A stretch of 64,000 bases of DNA, from the NCBI GenBank assembly GCA_051747665.1, contig JBNJGK010000001.1:7871-71870 (forward strand). Reading direction: 5' to 3'. Below the pieces are notes generated by a model, which was given only the letters and a program-made list of their open reading frames with translations, ran no database searches and had not been told where the DNA came from. Positions within the stretch are counted from its first letter, which is position 1. Every line of letters starts with the position of its first letter. The stretch is from Bacteroidota bacterium. Lineage in GTDB: Bacteria > Bacteroidota > Bacteroidia > Bacteroidales > JAIPAH01. Of the stretch, positions 1 through 8,425 are shown piece after piece. Both the position numbers and the translations under genes were made by a program.

Positions 1-1
1 T

Positions 2-223
2 TTGGATGAACCGCCTGTAACGGTTGCTAAATCGTTAAGGAATTTTATTGATGTGCTCGAGGAATATGGTTTTATCCGCGTGCATCAGTCGCATCTAATT
101 AATACAGACCACATTAAAAAGTATATGAAAAACGATTTTGTGGTAGTTATGAATGACAATTCAGAAGTTCCTGTTTCGCACCGTAAACGTGATTTTCTAT
201 TGAAGCAGTTTGAAGAATTGTAA
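2..223 (+). CDS. C-terminal fragment of a LytTR-family DNA-binding regulator (5' end outside window)
   Basis: Reading frame is open from the window edge. The translation ...FIRVHQSHLINTDHIKKY... matches the LytTR DNA-binding domain signature. Confidence 0.75.
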   Translation: MDEPPVTVAKSLRNFIDVLEEYGFIRVHQSHLINTDHIKKYMKNDFVVVMNDNSEVPVSHRKRDFLLKQFEEL

Positions 224-304
224 CGAATGATCATTAGTTCCTGACGAATCTCCTTCAAAACCGCACGAATATACATTTGTCCTGATTTTAGCTTGCGATT
301 ACAT

Positions 305-312
305 TATTTTTG
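305..312 (+). promoter_or_regulatory. Bacteroidetes-type -7 promoter box (TATTTTTG)
   Basis: Exact match to TAnnTTTG, 18 nt upstream of the ATG at 331. No clear -33 TTG. Confidence 0.4.
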
Positions 313-330
313 TATGAGGAAGTATAAAAA

Positions 331-609
331 ATGGAAAAGACCACGCAATTTACCCTGAAAGGCGGTACGCTTTTTCGTCCTGAATCTTTAATTATTAAGG
401 ATGCATTGTTGTTTTATTTCAGAGGCAACTTGTTTTCGCCCCTGAAGTACGGTGTTTCCGTGCCTTTGGAAAACATACAAGCCGTGCAGTCCAGCCCTGG
501 AGTCAGAGATATTGTTATTAAAAGCAAGAATATGAACCTGGTTTGCCGCCACTTTTCAGAAAAAAAGCTGAATAAATTGCGTGATTTGATTGAGCAATCC
601 TCAGTTTAA
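331..609 (+). CDS. Hypothetical small protein (92 aa), possibly a small PH-like beta-sandwich domain
   Basis: ORF with its own -7 box, located between the LytTR regulator and the PLD gene on the same strand. I cannot name a family with confidence. Confidence 0.5.
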   Translation: MEKTTQFTLKGGTLFRPESLIIKDALLFYFRGNLFSPLKYGVSVPLENIQAVQSSPGVRDIVIKSKNMNLVCRHFSEKKLNKLRDLIEQSSV

Positions 610-624
610 TAACAATTACTTTCC

Positions 625-632
625 TATATTTG
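625..632 (+). promoter_or_regulatory. Bacteroidetes-type -7 promoter box (TATATTTG)
   Basis: Exact TAnnTTTG match 25 nt upstream of the ATG at 658. Confidence 0.4.
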
Positions 633-657
633 CGGGAAGGAGGTTTATGTAATTGTA

Positions 658-1728
658 ATGAATGTATATCCTGAAAGCAAAATATACAACGATCCGTTCC
701 GGTTTTATTTTTCCATGTTGAGGGATATTGAACGGGCTCAGAAATGCATTTTTCTTGAGGTTTATCGTTTCCAGAATGATTCTATTGGAATCCGGTTCAG
801 GGATGCCCTTCAGAAGAAGGCAAGCGAAGGCGTCAAAGTAAAAGTACTCGTAGACTCCTGGGGAACCCGGGCGGGGAATGCTTTTTTTGAACCTCTTACA
901 AAAGCCGGTGGAGAAGTTTTGTACTATAAAAAAATAAAACTTTTTATAGACTTCTTTACGAAAAACCATCGCCGCAATCACCGCAAGCTGCTATTAATAG
1001 ACCATAACGTTTCCTATATTGGTTCGGCCAATATCTCAGAATATTCTTTAAACTGGAGAGAATGTGTATTAAGGGTTACAGGCGATATAACTCTTGAGCT
1101 GGAGAAAGTGTTTCGTCATGATTTCCGCAATCATGATCGGTATGACAGCAAATCGGGGAGCTATTTAAAAACCCTTAAGCGCGATGACTTTACGGTAATC
1201 CGTGATTTTCCTTCTATCCGGAAGCAAAAGATCATGAACTACTATCTCAAGCTTATAAAAAAATCAAATCATGAGGTACTCATAGAAACCCCGTATTTCC
1301 TGCCGGGTTATCAGCTCAGGAAGGCGATGATGAAAGCTGTTGCGAGAGGCGTAAAGGTTACTGTGGTTATGCCCAAGCATTCTGATGTAAGGGTTATAGA
1401 CCTTTTAAGGTCTCGTTATCTGGGGCCGCTGCATGAAAGTGGTGTAAACCTGCTGTTTTATACTTCTGAGAATTTGCACGCCAAAGACTTGTTAGTGGAT
1501 GAGGAAATATTTGCTATTGGGTCGGCAAATTTTGATTACCGCAGCTTCCGTTATCAGCACGAAATTATTATTAGCGGTTCACATCCTAAAATTGCAGAAC
1601 AACTGAAAACGCACATATCTAAAACACAAGAGAATACAGTGCCTTTTGATTATGAAGCCTGGAGCCGCCGGCCTAAAATTCAGAAGTTTTTTGAGTACCT
1701 GTTTTTGCCCTTCCGGCATTTACTCTAA
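658..1728 (+). CDS. Phospholipase D superfamily protein with two HKD motifs (ClsB-like cardiolipin/phospholipid synthase type, no N-terminal TM segment)
   Basis: Two HxKxxxxD motifs: HRKLLLIDHNVSYIGSANIS and LHAKDLLVDEEIFAIGSANFD. Length is 356 aa. Confidence 0.8.
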   Translation: MNVYPESKIYNDPFRFYFSMLRDIERAQKCIFLEVYRFQNDSIGIRFRDALQKKASEGVKVKVLVDSWGTRAGNAFFEPLTKAGGEVLYYKKIKLFIDFFTKNHRRNHRKLLLIDHNVSYIGSANISEYSLNWRECVLRVTGDITLELEKVFRHDFRNHDRYDSKSGSYLKTLKRDDFTVIRDFPSIRKQKIMNYYLKLIKKSNHEVLIETPYFLPGYQLRKAMMKAVARGVKVTVVMPKHSDVRVIDLLRSRYLGPLHESGVNLLFYTSENLHAKDLLVDEEIFAIGSANFDYRSFRYQHEIIISGSHPKIAEQLKTHISKTQENTVPFDYEAWSRRPKIQKFFEYLFLPFRHLL

Positions 1729-1746
1729 AATTTTTTTGCTGTTCTG

Positions 1747-3576
1747 CTAAACCCGTTCGTGATTTTGAAAATGCTCATAAACCAGCTTAGCTTTAGCCGG
1801 GCCAATGATTTTTTCCAACTCCGCTTTTGAGGCAGATCGAACTCTTTTGATGGACTTCATTTCGGATAAAAGTTGCGTAGCGGTATTATGACCGATGCCT
1901 TTAATCTCTGTGAGTCCGGTTTTAATAGTACCTTTTTCTAAGCGTTTGCGGTGATGTGTAATCCCGAAACGGTGAGCTTCATCGCGCATGTGCTGGATCA
2001 CTTTCAGGGTTTCAGAGGTTTTGTCAAGATATACCGGCACCGGATCGCCGGGCTTGAATATCTCCTCAAGCCGTTTGGCAATCCCGATGACAGCAATTTT
2101 TTTATCCAGCCCCAGCTTTTTCAGCGTTTTATACGAAGCGCTGAGCTGTCCTTTTCCGCCATCGATAACAATAAGCTGTGGGAGCGGTTTTTCCTCATCC
2201 AGCAACCGCTTGTAGCGACGGTAGATTACCTCTTCCATAGACGCATAATCATTAGGTCCTTCTACGGTTTTGATGTTATAATGGCGATATTCTTTTTTAA
2301 GGGGTTTAGCATTTTTAAAATGAACCATCGCCGAAACCGGATAGTCACCCTGGAAGTTGCTGTTATCGAAGCATTCCATTCTCACTGGTTGTTCGCGCAG
2401 TCCTAAATCCTTTTTTATCTTTTCCAGGATGCGCTTTTTGTGCCGGTCGGGGTCTACCAGTTCGCGGCGTTTTTGCTGTTCCATCTTAAAATAGGTAGCA
2501 TTGCGATAGGCCAAATCCAGCAAATGCTTTTTATCTCCCCTTTGCGGGATGGTGATATTGACTCCTTCGAGCGGCAGGTCTTCAGGTTCAAACGGAACCA
2601 CAATTTCTTTCGAATCGCTGTCATAGCGCTGCCGGAATTCAGCTACAGCAAGCGCTAATAGTTTCTCCCGGCTTTCATCCAGCTTTTTTCGCAGCTCTAT
2701 GGTGTGGGTTTGCATGATGGCGCCGTTAACCACTTTCAAAAAGTTGACATATCCTCCCTTGTCGCTTTCCGCGAAAGCGAAAACATCTACATTGTTGATT
2801 TTTGGCGAAACCACCGTTGATTTACTCTGAAAACGGCTTAGGATATCCAGCTTGTTTTTAATCCGCTGAGCATTTTCAAACTCCATTTTCTCAGCATAAT
2901 CCATCATAACCGTTTTGAACTTTTTGATGACCGAGCTCAGGTTTCCTTTGATGATATTCCTGATTTGGCTGATGTTTTCATCATAGTCTGCTTTTTCCTG
3001 CAAACCTTCGCACGGGCCTTTGCAGTTACCTAAATGGTATTCAAGGCAAACCTTGTATTTCCCTTTTTGGATGTTTTCATTGTTCAGATCATAATTGCAG
3101 TTGCGAAGCGGGTAGAGCTGGCGTATTAGGTCCAGCAGCGTGTTCATCATCCTCACAGACGCGTAAGGACCAAAATATTCAGAGCCGTCTTTTATCAAAT
3201 TACGTGTGGAAAATACCCTCGGGAAAGGCTCGTTTTTGATGCAAATCCACGGATACGTTTTGTCATCTTTCAACATCACGTTGTAGCGCGGTTGATACTT
3301 CTTGATGAGGTTGTTTTCCAGCAGCAGCGCATCAGTTTCGGTATCCACAATCATATAGCGGATATCGGCGATTTTTTTAACCATCACCCTGATTTTGCCG
3401 CTATGGTCATGCGATTTAGTGAAATAGGAAGCCACCCGTTTTTTCAGGTTTTTTGCTTTTCCGATATAGATAATTTTCCCGTTTTCATCAAAATATTGAT
3501 AAATACCGGGTTTTTCAGGCAAGGTTTTGATAATTGCCGAAAGCTGATCATATTTCGGATTAGCGTCGCCGGTCAT
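1747..3576 (-). CDS. uvrC: Excinuclease ABC subunit C
   Basis: N-terminal GIY-YIG motif (GIYQYF...IIYIGKAKNLKKRV), a UvrBC-interaction region and a C-terminal (HhH)2 region. Typical length of 609 aa. Confidence 0.95.
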   Translation of the reverse strand: MTGDANPKYDQLSAIIKTLPEKPGIYQYFDENGKIIYIGKAKNLKKRVASYFTKSHDHSGKIRVMVKKIADIRYMIVDTETDALLLENNLIKKYQPRYNVMLKDDKTYPWICIKNEPFPRVFSTRNLIKDGSEYFGPYASVRMMNTLLDLIRQLYPLRNCNYDLNNENIQKGKYKVCLEYHLGNCKGPCEGLQEKADYDENISQIRNIIKGNLSSVIKKFKTVMMDYAEKMEFENAQRIKNKLDILSRFQSKSTVVSPKINNVDVFAFAESDKGGYVNFLKVVNGAIMQTHTIELRKKLDESREKLLALAVAEFRQRYDSDSKEIVVPFEPEDLPLEGVNITIPQRGDKKHLLDLAYRNATYFKMEQQKRRELVDPDRHKKRILEKIKKDLGLREQPVRMECFDNSNFQGDYPVSAMVHFKNAKPLKKEYRHYNIKTVEGPNDYASMEEVIYRRYKRLLDEEKPLPQLIVIDGGKGQLSASYKTLKKLGLDKKIAVIGIAKRLEEIFKPGDPVPVYLDKTSETLKVIQHMRDEAHRFGITHHRKRLEKGTIKTGLTEIKGIGHNTATQLLSEMKSIKRVRSASKAELEKIIGPAKAKLVYEHFQNHERV

Positions 3577-4652
3577 GATTTATCTGCCTGGTTGTTTTGG
3601 TCTTTCTTAGGTTCTTTGTTTAGCAAAGCATCCCAGCCTTGTGCCGTAATCGGGGCTACTGCGCCGTCTTTGCCAATCAGGTTTGCGCTATTGCTGATGT
3701 CGGTCATGTGGCCGATTATGGATATTTCCGGCATGTCTTTGATTTTTTCATAGTCTTTTTGGTCTACCGTAAAAAGCAGCTCATAGTCTTCGCCGCCACT
3801 CAAAGCAGTTACTGTAGGTGCGATGTTAAATTCTTTAGCTTGCTCTTCTGTTTTGATATCAATCGGGATTTTTTCTTCATAGAGGCTGCAACCGGTTTTC
3901 GATTCCGTACAAAGATGTAAAACTTCTGAAGCCAGGCCGTCAGAAACGTCTATCATGGAAGTGGGCAGGATTTCCTTTTCAAGCAGTGCTTTCAGGATGT
4001 CAGCGCGGGCTTCGGGTTTTAACTGACGCTCCAGCAAGTAATCCACACCACTGAGGTCGGGTTGAACATCAGGGTTTGCTTTGTAGGCTTGTTTTTCTCT
4101 TTCAAGGATGAGTAGTCCCATATAAGCGGCGCCCAAATCGCCGGAAACGCAGAGCAAATCGTTTTCTTTAGCGCCACTTCGATACACCGGCTTTTGGGTG
4201 TAGCCCATAATGCTGATGGAGATAAATAGTCCGTGCGGACTCGCTGTAGTGTCGCCCCCAACAAAATCTACATTGTATTTGTTACACGCCAGCTTCATGC
4301 CTTCGTAAATTTCTTCTAAAGCCTCAACAGCAAAGCGGTTCGATAAGGCTAAGCCGGCAGTGAGTTGTGTGGGCGTGCCATTCATGGCTATAATGTCAGA
4401 AATGTTGACTACAGCAGCTTTGTATCCCAAATGCTTCAGCGGGAAGTAAGTCAGATCAAAATGCACGCCTTCAACCAGCAAATCTTGCGATGACAAAACA
4501 AGATTGTCGCCGTAGTTCATCACGGCAGCATCATCGCCTATGCCTTTTACCGTGGAAGGTTGCTTTGTATTAATGTCTTTTGTTAGTCGTTTTATAAGTC
4601 CAAATTCTCCTAAAGAAGATATCTCTGTGCGTTCGCCTCTTTTTTCGTACAT
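3573..4652 (-). CDS. thiL: Thiamine-monophosphate kinase
   Basis: PurM/AIR-synthase-like fold with the ThiL N-terminus (GEFGLIKRL...GIGDDAAV). Its stop overlaps the uvrC start by 4 nt (ATGA). Confidence 0.85.
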   Translation of the reverse strand: MYEKRGERTEISSLGEFGLIKRLTKDINTKQPSTVKGIGDDAAVMNYGDNLVLSSQDLLVEGVHFDLTYFPLKHLGYKAAVVNISDIIAMNGTPTQLTAGLALSNRFAVEALEEIYEGMKLACNKYNVDFVGGDTTASPHGLFISISIMGYTQKPVYRSGAKENDLLCVSGDLGAAYMGLLILEREKQAYKANPDVQPDLSGVDYLLERQLKPEARADILKALLEKEILPTSMIDVSDGLASEVLHLCTESKTGCSLYEEKIPIDIKTEEQAKEFNIAPTVTALSGGEDYELLFTVDQKDYEKIKDMPEISIIGHMTDISNSANLIGKDGAVAPITAQGWDALLNKEPKKDQNNQADKS

Positions 4653-4721
4653 AATTTTGTTTTTCGTTTATCCCGGATTTATTTTTTCTATTGTTGAGTT
4701 TGGTCTAAAAACCGTTCATTG

Positions 4722-4843
4722 TTTTAATAAATTATCTAATACATCGTTTATCTGAGTGTTATAAAAAGCCATATTTTATATTCATGTAATTGAATCTCAA
4801 ATTAATAACTTAAAAACTTACGAACTTATTAAACTGAACTCAT
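4722..4843 (-). repeat. Copy A of a ~125-nt AT-rich intergenic element (inverted relative to copy B at 24464..24591)
   Basis: The reverse complement of 4822..4843 equals 24464..24485 exactly (ATGAGTTCAGTTTAATAAGTTC). The following ~100 nt align at roughly 80% identity by eye with one 6-7 nt indel. Confidence 0.8.
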
Positions 4844-5015
4844 TGATGGTAAAGTGTTTTTTGTCTGAGCTTACCATAATTCGTTTGCAAAATTACGATT
4901 GTTCTGTTAACTGGCAGCGGTTGCTTGTGCATCTTTACAAGGTGCATTAAAACAGAAGCTAAGATGTGATGAATGTAACCATTTGACCCATCTGATAATG
5001 GTAACACACATTTTA

Positions 5016-5023
5016 TATTTTTG
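5016..5023 (+). promoter_or_regulatory. Bacteroidetes-type -7 promoter box (TATTTTTG)
   Basis: Exact TAnnTTTG match. It overlaps the ORF-track start codon at 5023 and lies 20 nt upstream of the in-frame ATG at 5044, which argues for the later start. Confidence 0.45.
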
Positions 5024-5043
5024 TGCATTACTTAAAGATTTTC

Positions 5044-7983
5044 ATGAAACATCAACACGAGGCATCACAATTGATTCTATTGCTGCGCAGGCACCGGGCG
5101 CTGGGGTATGTGTTTTCTCCTTTTTGGGGAAAGCAGGATGCTTCCGGTGAAACGGCTTATACAGAAAGCTCCCTGACCTCTGGCGACAGCTCCAAAATCT
5201 CGTTATCAGCAAAAGAAAAGAAAATCATCGAATTAAGTGCAGCGTATTCGGATAGCGCTCTTGTAAAGAAGTTTGTAAATTACAAAAAGGCTCAAAAGGT
5301 TAGCACAAAGAATTTTTTTGATGAAATTTCTTCACAGCACTTTGAAAAAGTCGTTCAGCCATTTGTACACCGGCGTCTCAATGATGTGTTTGAATTGGCA
5401 CTACAGACGCAGACTCCGGTATACCTGAAAGAAGGCACCGATACGGCTGAAGCTTTATCGCAAAAGATTGAACTAAATGAAGCGCCGTTGATACCGGAAT
5501 TCTTTTTCAAAAAAACGCAAGGCGGAGAAATTGTTTACAGACTGAATCTGTCATCCGGCAAGGAGATATTTCCGATCAAGAGTCAAAATATAAGGATAAT
5601 CAGCAATGATCCTGTTTTAATATTGAAAAACCGGAGGATTTATAAAGTTGATGGTGTTACCAGCAAAAACCTGCAACCTTTTTTTACGCGGGATGAAGTG
5701 GTTATCCCGGCAAGGTTTACACAAAAATATCTTTCCGGGTTTGTCAGAAAAGCTATCCGTGATTATGACGTGCATCTGGAGGGGATGCAACTTGAGGAAA
5801 AAGAAATTGCCCACCCGGAATCCATTTTGAAGGTGTGTTCAGACCTTTATGGAAAGCCCTCGCTTGAGCTTGAATTTCAATACGATGGACAATCTGTCCG
5901 GCATCATCAGGAAAACATATCGTTGGTCACGCTGCAGGATTCTGCTGATGATATTCGGTTCATCAAACTAAAACGAAATCCTGACCAGGAGAAGAAAGTG
6001 ATTAACAAATTAAAAAATGTGGGGCTGAAACATTATCAGGAAAGCTATTTCAGACCGGAGTTTGCAGATACTTTTGCCTCGTTGGTTCAATGGATAAACC
6101 GCCATCAGCAATGGTTTAGCGAGAACGGATTTGTTGTTAAGGAACAGGAAAACAACATAACGCATTACCTCGGACAAATTCAGCTTAGTGTAACAACAGA
6201 ACAAAGCAAGCCTGACTGGTTTGATTTGTATATGGAAGTCAGGTTAGAGGATGTTTCATTTCCTTTTGTTATGCTTCGCCAACATATCCGTAACGGAAAC
6301 CCTGTTTTTGAGCTGGAAGATGGCCGCATATTTGTGATTCCGGAAACTTGGTTTACTGACTATGCTGAGCTGTTCAGGTTTGGAAAAAAACAGGGAGCCC
6401 GTTTAGCATTGCAAAAGCATCACATGGGGTTGATCCCTTCCGGGGATAATGCTGACGGCAGAGACAGCAGCATTGAATATGAGGCATGGAAAGAACTTTA
6501 TGAAGTTAGTTTCACAGAAAATGTGGCAGAACCGGAAGGCCTGGAGGGTCAGTTGAGAGAATATCAAAAGACAGGGCTTACATGGCTTTATATGCTGCAT
6601 CAGCATGGCTTTGGTGGCTGCCTGGCCGATGATATGGGGCTGGGGAAGACAATACAGACGATTGCTTTGCTGTTGAAAACAAAAATTCCTCATCAAATCT
6701 CTGAATCCCCAAGTTCCTCTCAAATGAGTCTTTTTTCGGAGCCGCCTGAAGAACGGCCTGCGAAGCCGAGTTTGCTGGTAATGCCTACATCGCTGCTTTA
6801 CAACTGGAAACAGGAGGTTGCAAAGTTTGCACCCTCGCTGCGCGTTTTGAGCTATACCGGGTCAGACAGGCCGAAGCCGGAAGTTTTTAGTAAGTATGAC
6901 TTGATACTCACCAGCTATGGAGTTATGCGGATTGATAAAGACATTCTAAGTAAACATGCATTTCACTATTTGATTCTGGATGAAAGCCAGTTTGTAAAGA
7001 ATCCGCGCTCGAAAACCTATCAGGCGTTGCTTGAACTGGAGAGTGACTACCGGCTTGCCCTAACGGGTACACCTGTAGAGAATTCGCTCAGCGATTTATG
7101 GGCGCAACTCAACTTTCTGAACCGCAATATGCTCGGCGATCATGACTCTTTTATGGAGGAGTTTGTTAACCCGATTGAGCGCGACCACGATGAAAAAATG
7201 GAAGAAAGGCTTAAACGGCTGATTAAGCCTTTCATCTTACGCCGGAAGAAAGAGGAGGTGGTTAAAGAGCTTCCTGATCTTACGGAGCAGATATATTGGT
7301 GTGAGATGACCGAAAAACAGGAGGACACCTATGAGCGATACAAGTCAGGAATACGTAACTCGTTGATGAATGTCTTTGACAGTGGCTATCTGAAAAATAA
7401 ATTTCTGATTTTGGAAGCTTTGATGAGGCTGCGACAGATGTCAAACCATCCGGCATTGGCAGATAATGAGTATGATGGAGACTCAGGAAAATTCAATGAA
7501 GCAGTCAGGGCTATGCATAACTTGATTTCGGAAGGCCACAAGGTTTTGGTTTTTTCTTCATTTACCGGCTACCTGGATATGTTTGCAAACTACCTTCAAC
7601 AGCAAAAAATTCAATATGCCATGCTTACCGGGCAAAGCCGGGAGAGGGAAATGGAGGTTAAGAAATTTCAGAACGATGAAAATATTCACTTGTTTCTGAT
7701 TTCGCTGAAAGCTGGTGGCACTGGGCTGAACCTGACTGCAGCAGATTATGTTTTTATCCTTGACCCGTGGTGGAATCCTGCAGCCGAGAATCAGGCCTTG
7801 AGCAGGGCACACCGAATCGGGCAGAAAAACAAAGTGTTTGTTTACCGCTTTATTACCCGCAATACTATCGAAGAAAAAATATATGCGCTACAGCAAAAAA
7901 AGCAAAAGGTGGCAGATACGTTTGTTAACTCAAATAATCCGTTCAAACAGCTTTCTGATGAGGAAATAAAATCACTATTCTGA
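5044..7983 (+). CDS. SNF2-family helicase/ATPase with a large N-terminal SNF2-associated region
   Basis: Helicase motifs LADDMGLGKTIQ (I), LILDESQFVKN (II, DExQ) and HRIGQ (VI). The ~500-aa N-terminal region has no motif I can name. Start moved from 5023 to 5044 because of the promoter box. Confidence 0.85.
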   Translation: MKHQHEASQLILLLRRHRALGYVFSPFWGKQDASGETAYTESSLTSGDSSKISLSAKEKKIIELSAAYSDSALVKKFVNYKKAQKVSTKNFFDEISSQHFEKVVQPFVHRRLNDVFELALQTQTPVYLKEGTDTAEALSQKIELNEAPLIPEFFFKKTQGGEIVYRLNLSSGKEIFPIKSQNIRIISNDPVLILKNRRIYKVDGVTSKNLQPFFTRDEVVIPARFTQKYLSGFVRKAIRDYDVHLEGMQLEEKEIAHPESILKVCSDLYGKPSLELEFQYDGQSVRHHQENISLVTLQDSADDIRFIKLKRNPDQEKKVINKLKNVGLKHYQESYFRPEFADTFASLVQWINRHQQWFSENGFVVKEQENNITHYLGQIQLSVTTEQSKPDWFDLYMEVRLEDVSFPFVMLRQHIRNGNPVFELEDGRIFVIPETWFTDYAELFRFGKKQGARLALQKHHMGLIPSGDNADGRDSSIEYEAWKELYEVSFTENVAEPEGLEGQLREYQKTGLTWLYMLHQHGFGGCLADDMGLGKTIQTIALLLKTKIPHQISESPSSSQMSLFSEPPEERPAKPSLLVMPTSLLYNWKQEVAKFAPSLRVLSYTGSDRPKPEVFSKYDLILTSYGVMRIDKDILSKHAFHYLILDESQFVKNPRSKTYQALLELESDYRLALTGTPVENSLSDLWAQLNFLNRNMLGDHDSFMEEFVNPIERDHDEKMEERLKRLIKPFILRRKKEEVVKELPDLTEQIYWCEMTEKQEDTYERYKSGIRNSLMNVFDSGYLKNKFLILEALMRLRQMSNHPALADNEYDGDSGKFNEAVRAMHNLISEGHKVLVFSSFTGYLDMFANYLQQQKIQYAMLTGQSREREMEVKKFQNDENIHLFLISLKAGGTGLNLTAADYVFILDPWWNPAAENQALSRAHRIGQKNKVFVYRFITRNTIEEKIYALQQKKQKVADTFVNSNNPFKQLSDEEIKSLF

Positions 7984-8015
7984 TGAGGTGATATCAGTTG
8001 GGAGAAATAAAAAAA

Positions 8016-8037
8016 CCTCCCTGGAAAACCAGGGAGG
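8016..8037. terminator. Stem-loop between convergent genes (CCTCCCTGG-AAAA-CCAGGGAGG)
   Basis: Perfect 9-bp GC-rich stem with a 4-nt loop. The flanking A-run on the + strand gives a T-run for the minus-strand small gene, and the hairpin sits 33 nt after the SNF2 stop. Confidence 0.75.
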
Positions 8038-8057
8038 CAAAAACAATAAAACCTCAA

Positions 8058-8354
8058 TTATCCCTGATCTGGAGAAGATTTGGATTTACAAGGTGCTTTG
8101 GATGTCTTCTTATCGCAATCGCTCTTTTTAGCAGCCGATTTTTTATCACAATCGCTTTTCTTTTCGGCTGATTTTTTGTCTTTATCGCAACACGATTTTT
8201 TGTCTTTGTCCTTATCTTTATCATCTTCCTTGTCAGGAGCTGCATCCTGCAAGGTGATAATATTATCAACATCTTTGGCTTGTGCTTCCTGCACTGGAGC
8301 TATTCCTCCAAATAAAAATGCGGCAAATAAGGCAATTAAGAGAAATCTTTTCAT
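8058..8354 (-). CDS. Small secreted Lys/Asp/Cys-rich repeat protein (98 aa), function unknown
   Basis: Signal peptide MKRFLLIALFAAFLFGGIAPVQEAQA with an AxA cleavage site. The mature 72 aa contain 21 Lys, 16 Asp and 5 Cys, including the repeat KSA[E/A]KKSDCDK x2. Confidence 0.65.
   Translation of the reverse strand: MKRFLLIALFAAFLFGGIAPVQEAQAKDVDNIITLQDAAPDKEDDKDKDKDKKSCCDKDKKSAEKKSDCDKKSAAKKSDCDKKTSKAPCKSKSSPDQG
8109..8174 (-). repeat. Tandem 33-nt (11-codon) repeat inside the small secreted protein gene
   Basis: 8109..8141 versus 8142..8174 share 25 of 33 identical positions and encode KSAAKKSDCDK and KSAEKKSDCDK. A degenerate third unit flanks each side. Confidence 0.75.
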
Positions 8355-8425
8355 AATTATAAAGTTTTAAAAGTGTGTATCTTCATTTGAAGTAACAAAC
8401 ATAAGCCCTTTCATGGATGTTAGTT

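Noticed and set aside
4865-4920. A possible TPP (THI-box) riboswitch near thiL
   Set aside because: The only THI-box-like fragments (CTGAG ... GTTAACTGGCAGCG) are on the + strand, opposite to thiL. They do not preserve the CUGG/CCAG pairing or the conserved ACCUGAUCUGGAUAAUGCCAGCG core, and the + strand downstream gene is an SNF2 helicase.
4840-5028. A 62-aa minus-strand ORF in the thiL/SNF2 spacer
   Set aside because: Its start overlaps the SNF2 promoter box. It has no recognisable features or motif, and its 3' end runs into the repeat element. I consider it unlikely to be coding, but I cannot exclude it without comparative data.
658-7983. A PLD-family protein plus an SNF2 helicase as a DISARM- or Zorya-like defence module
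   Set aside because: The two genes are separated by the housekeeping genes uvrC and thiL and are on independent transcription units. There is no methyltransferase, DUF1998 protein or additional nuclease partner. The HKD protein looks like a Cls/PLD lipid enzyme. The helicase resembles the conserved SNF2-associated type common in Bacteroidota.
8054-8370. Alternative overlapping ORFs in the low-complexity region: 8054..8272 on the minus strand and 8080..8370 on the plus strand
   Set aside because: They are other reading frames of the same Lys/Asp-codon repeat DNA. Only the 8058..8354 frame has a signal peptide, sits between a terminator and a promoter-containing spacer, and gives a coherent repeat protein.
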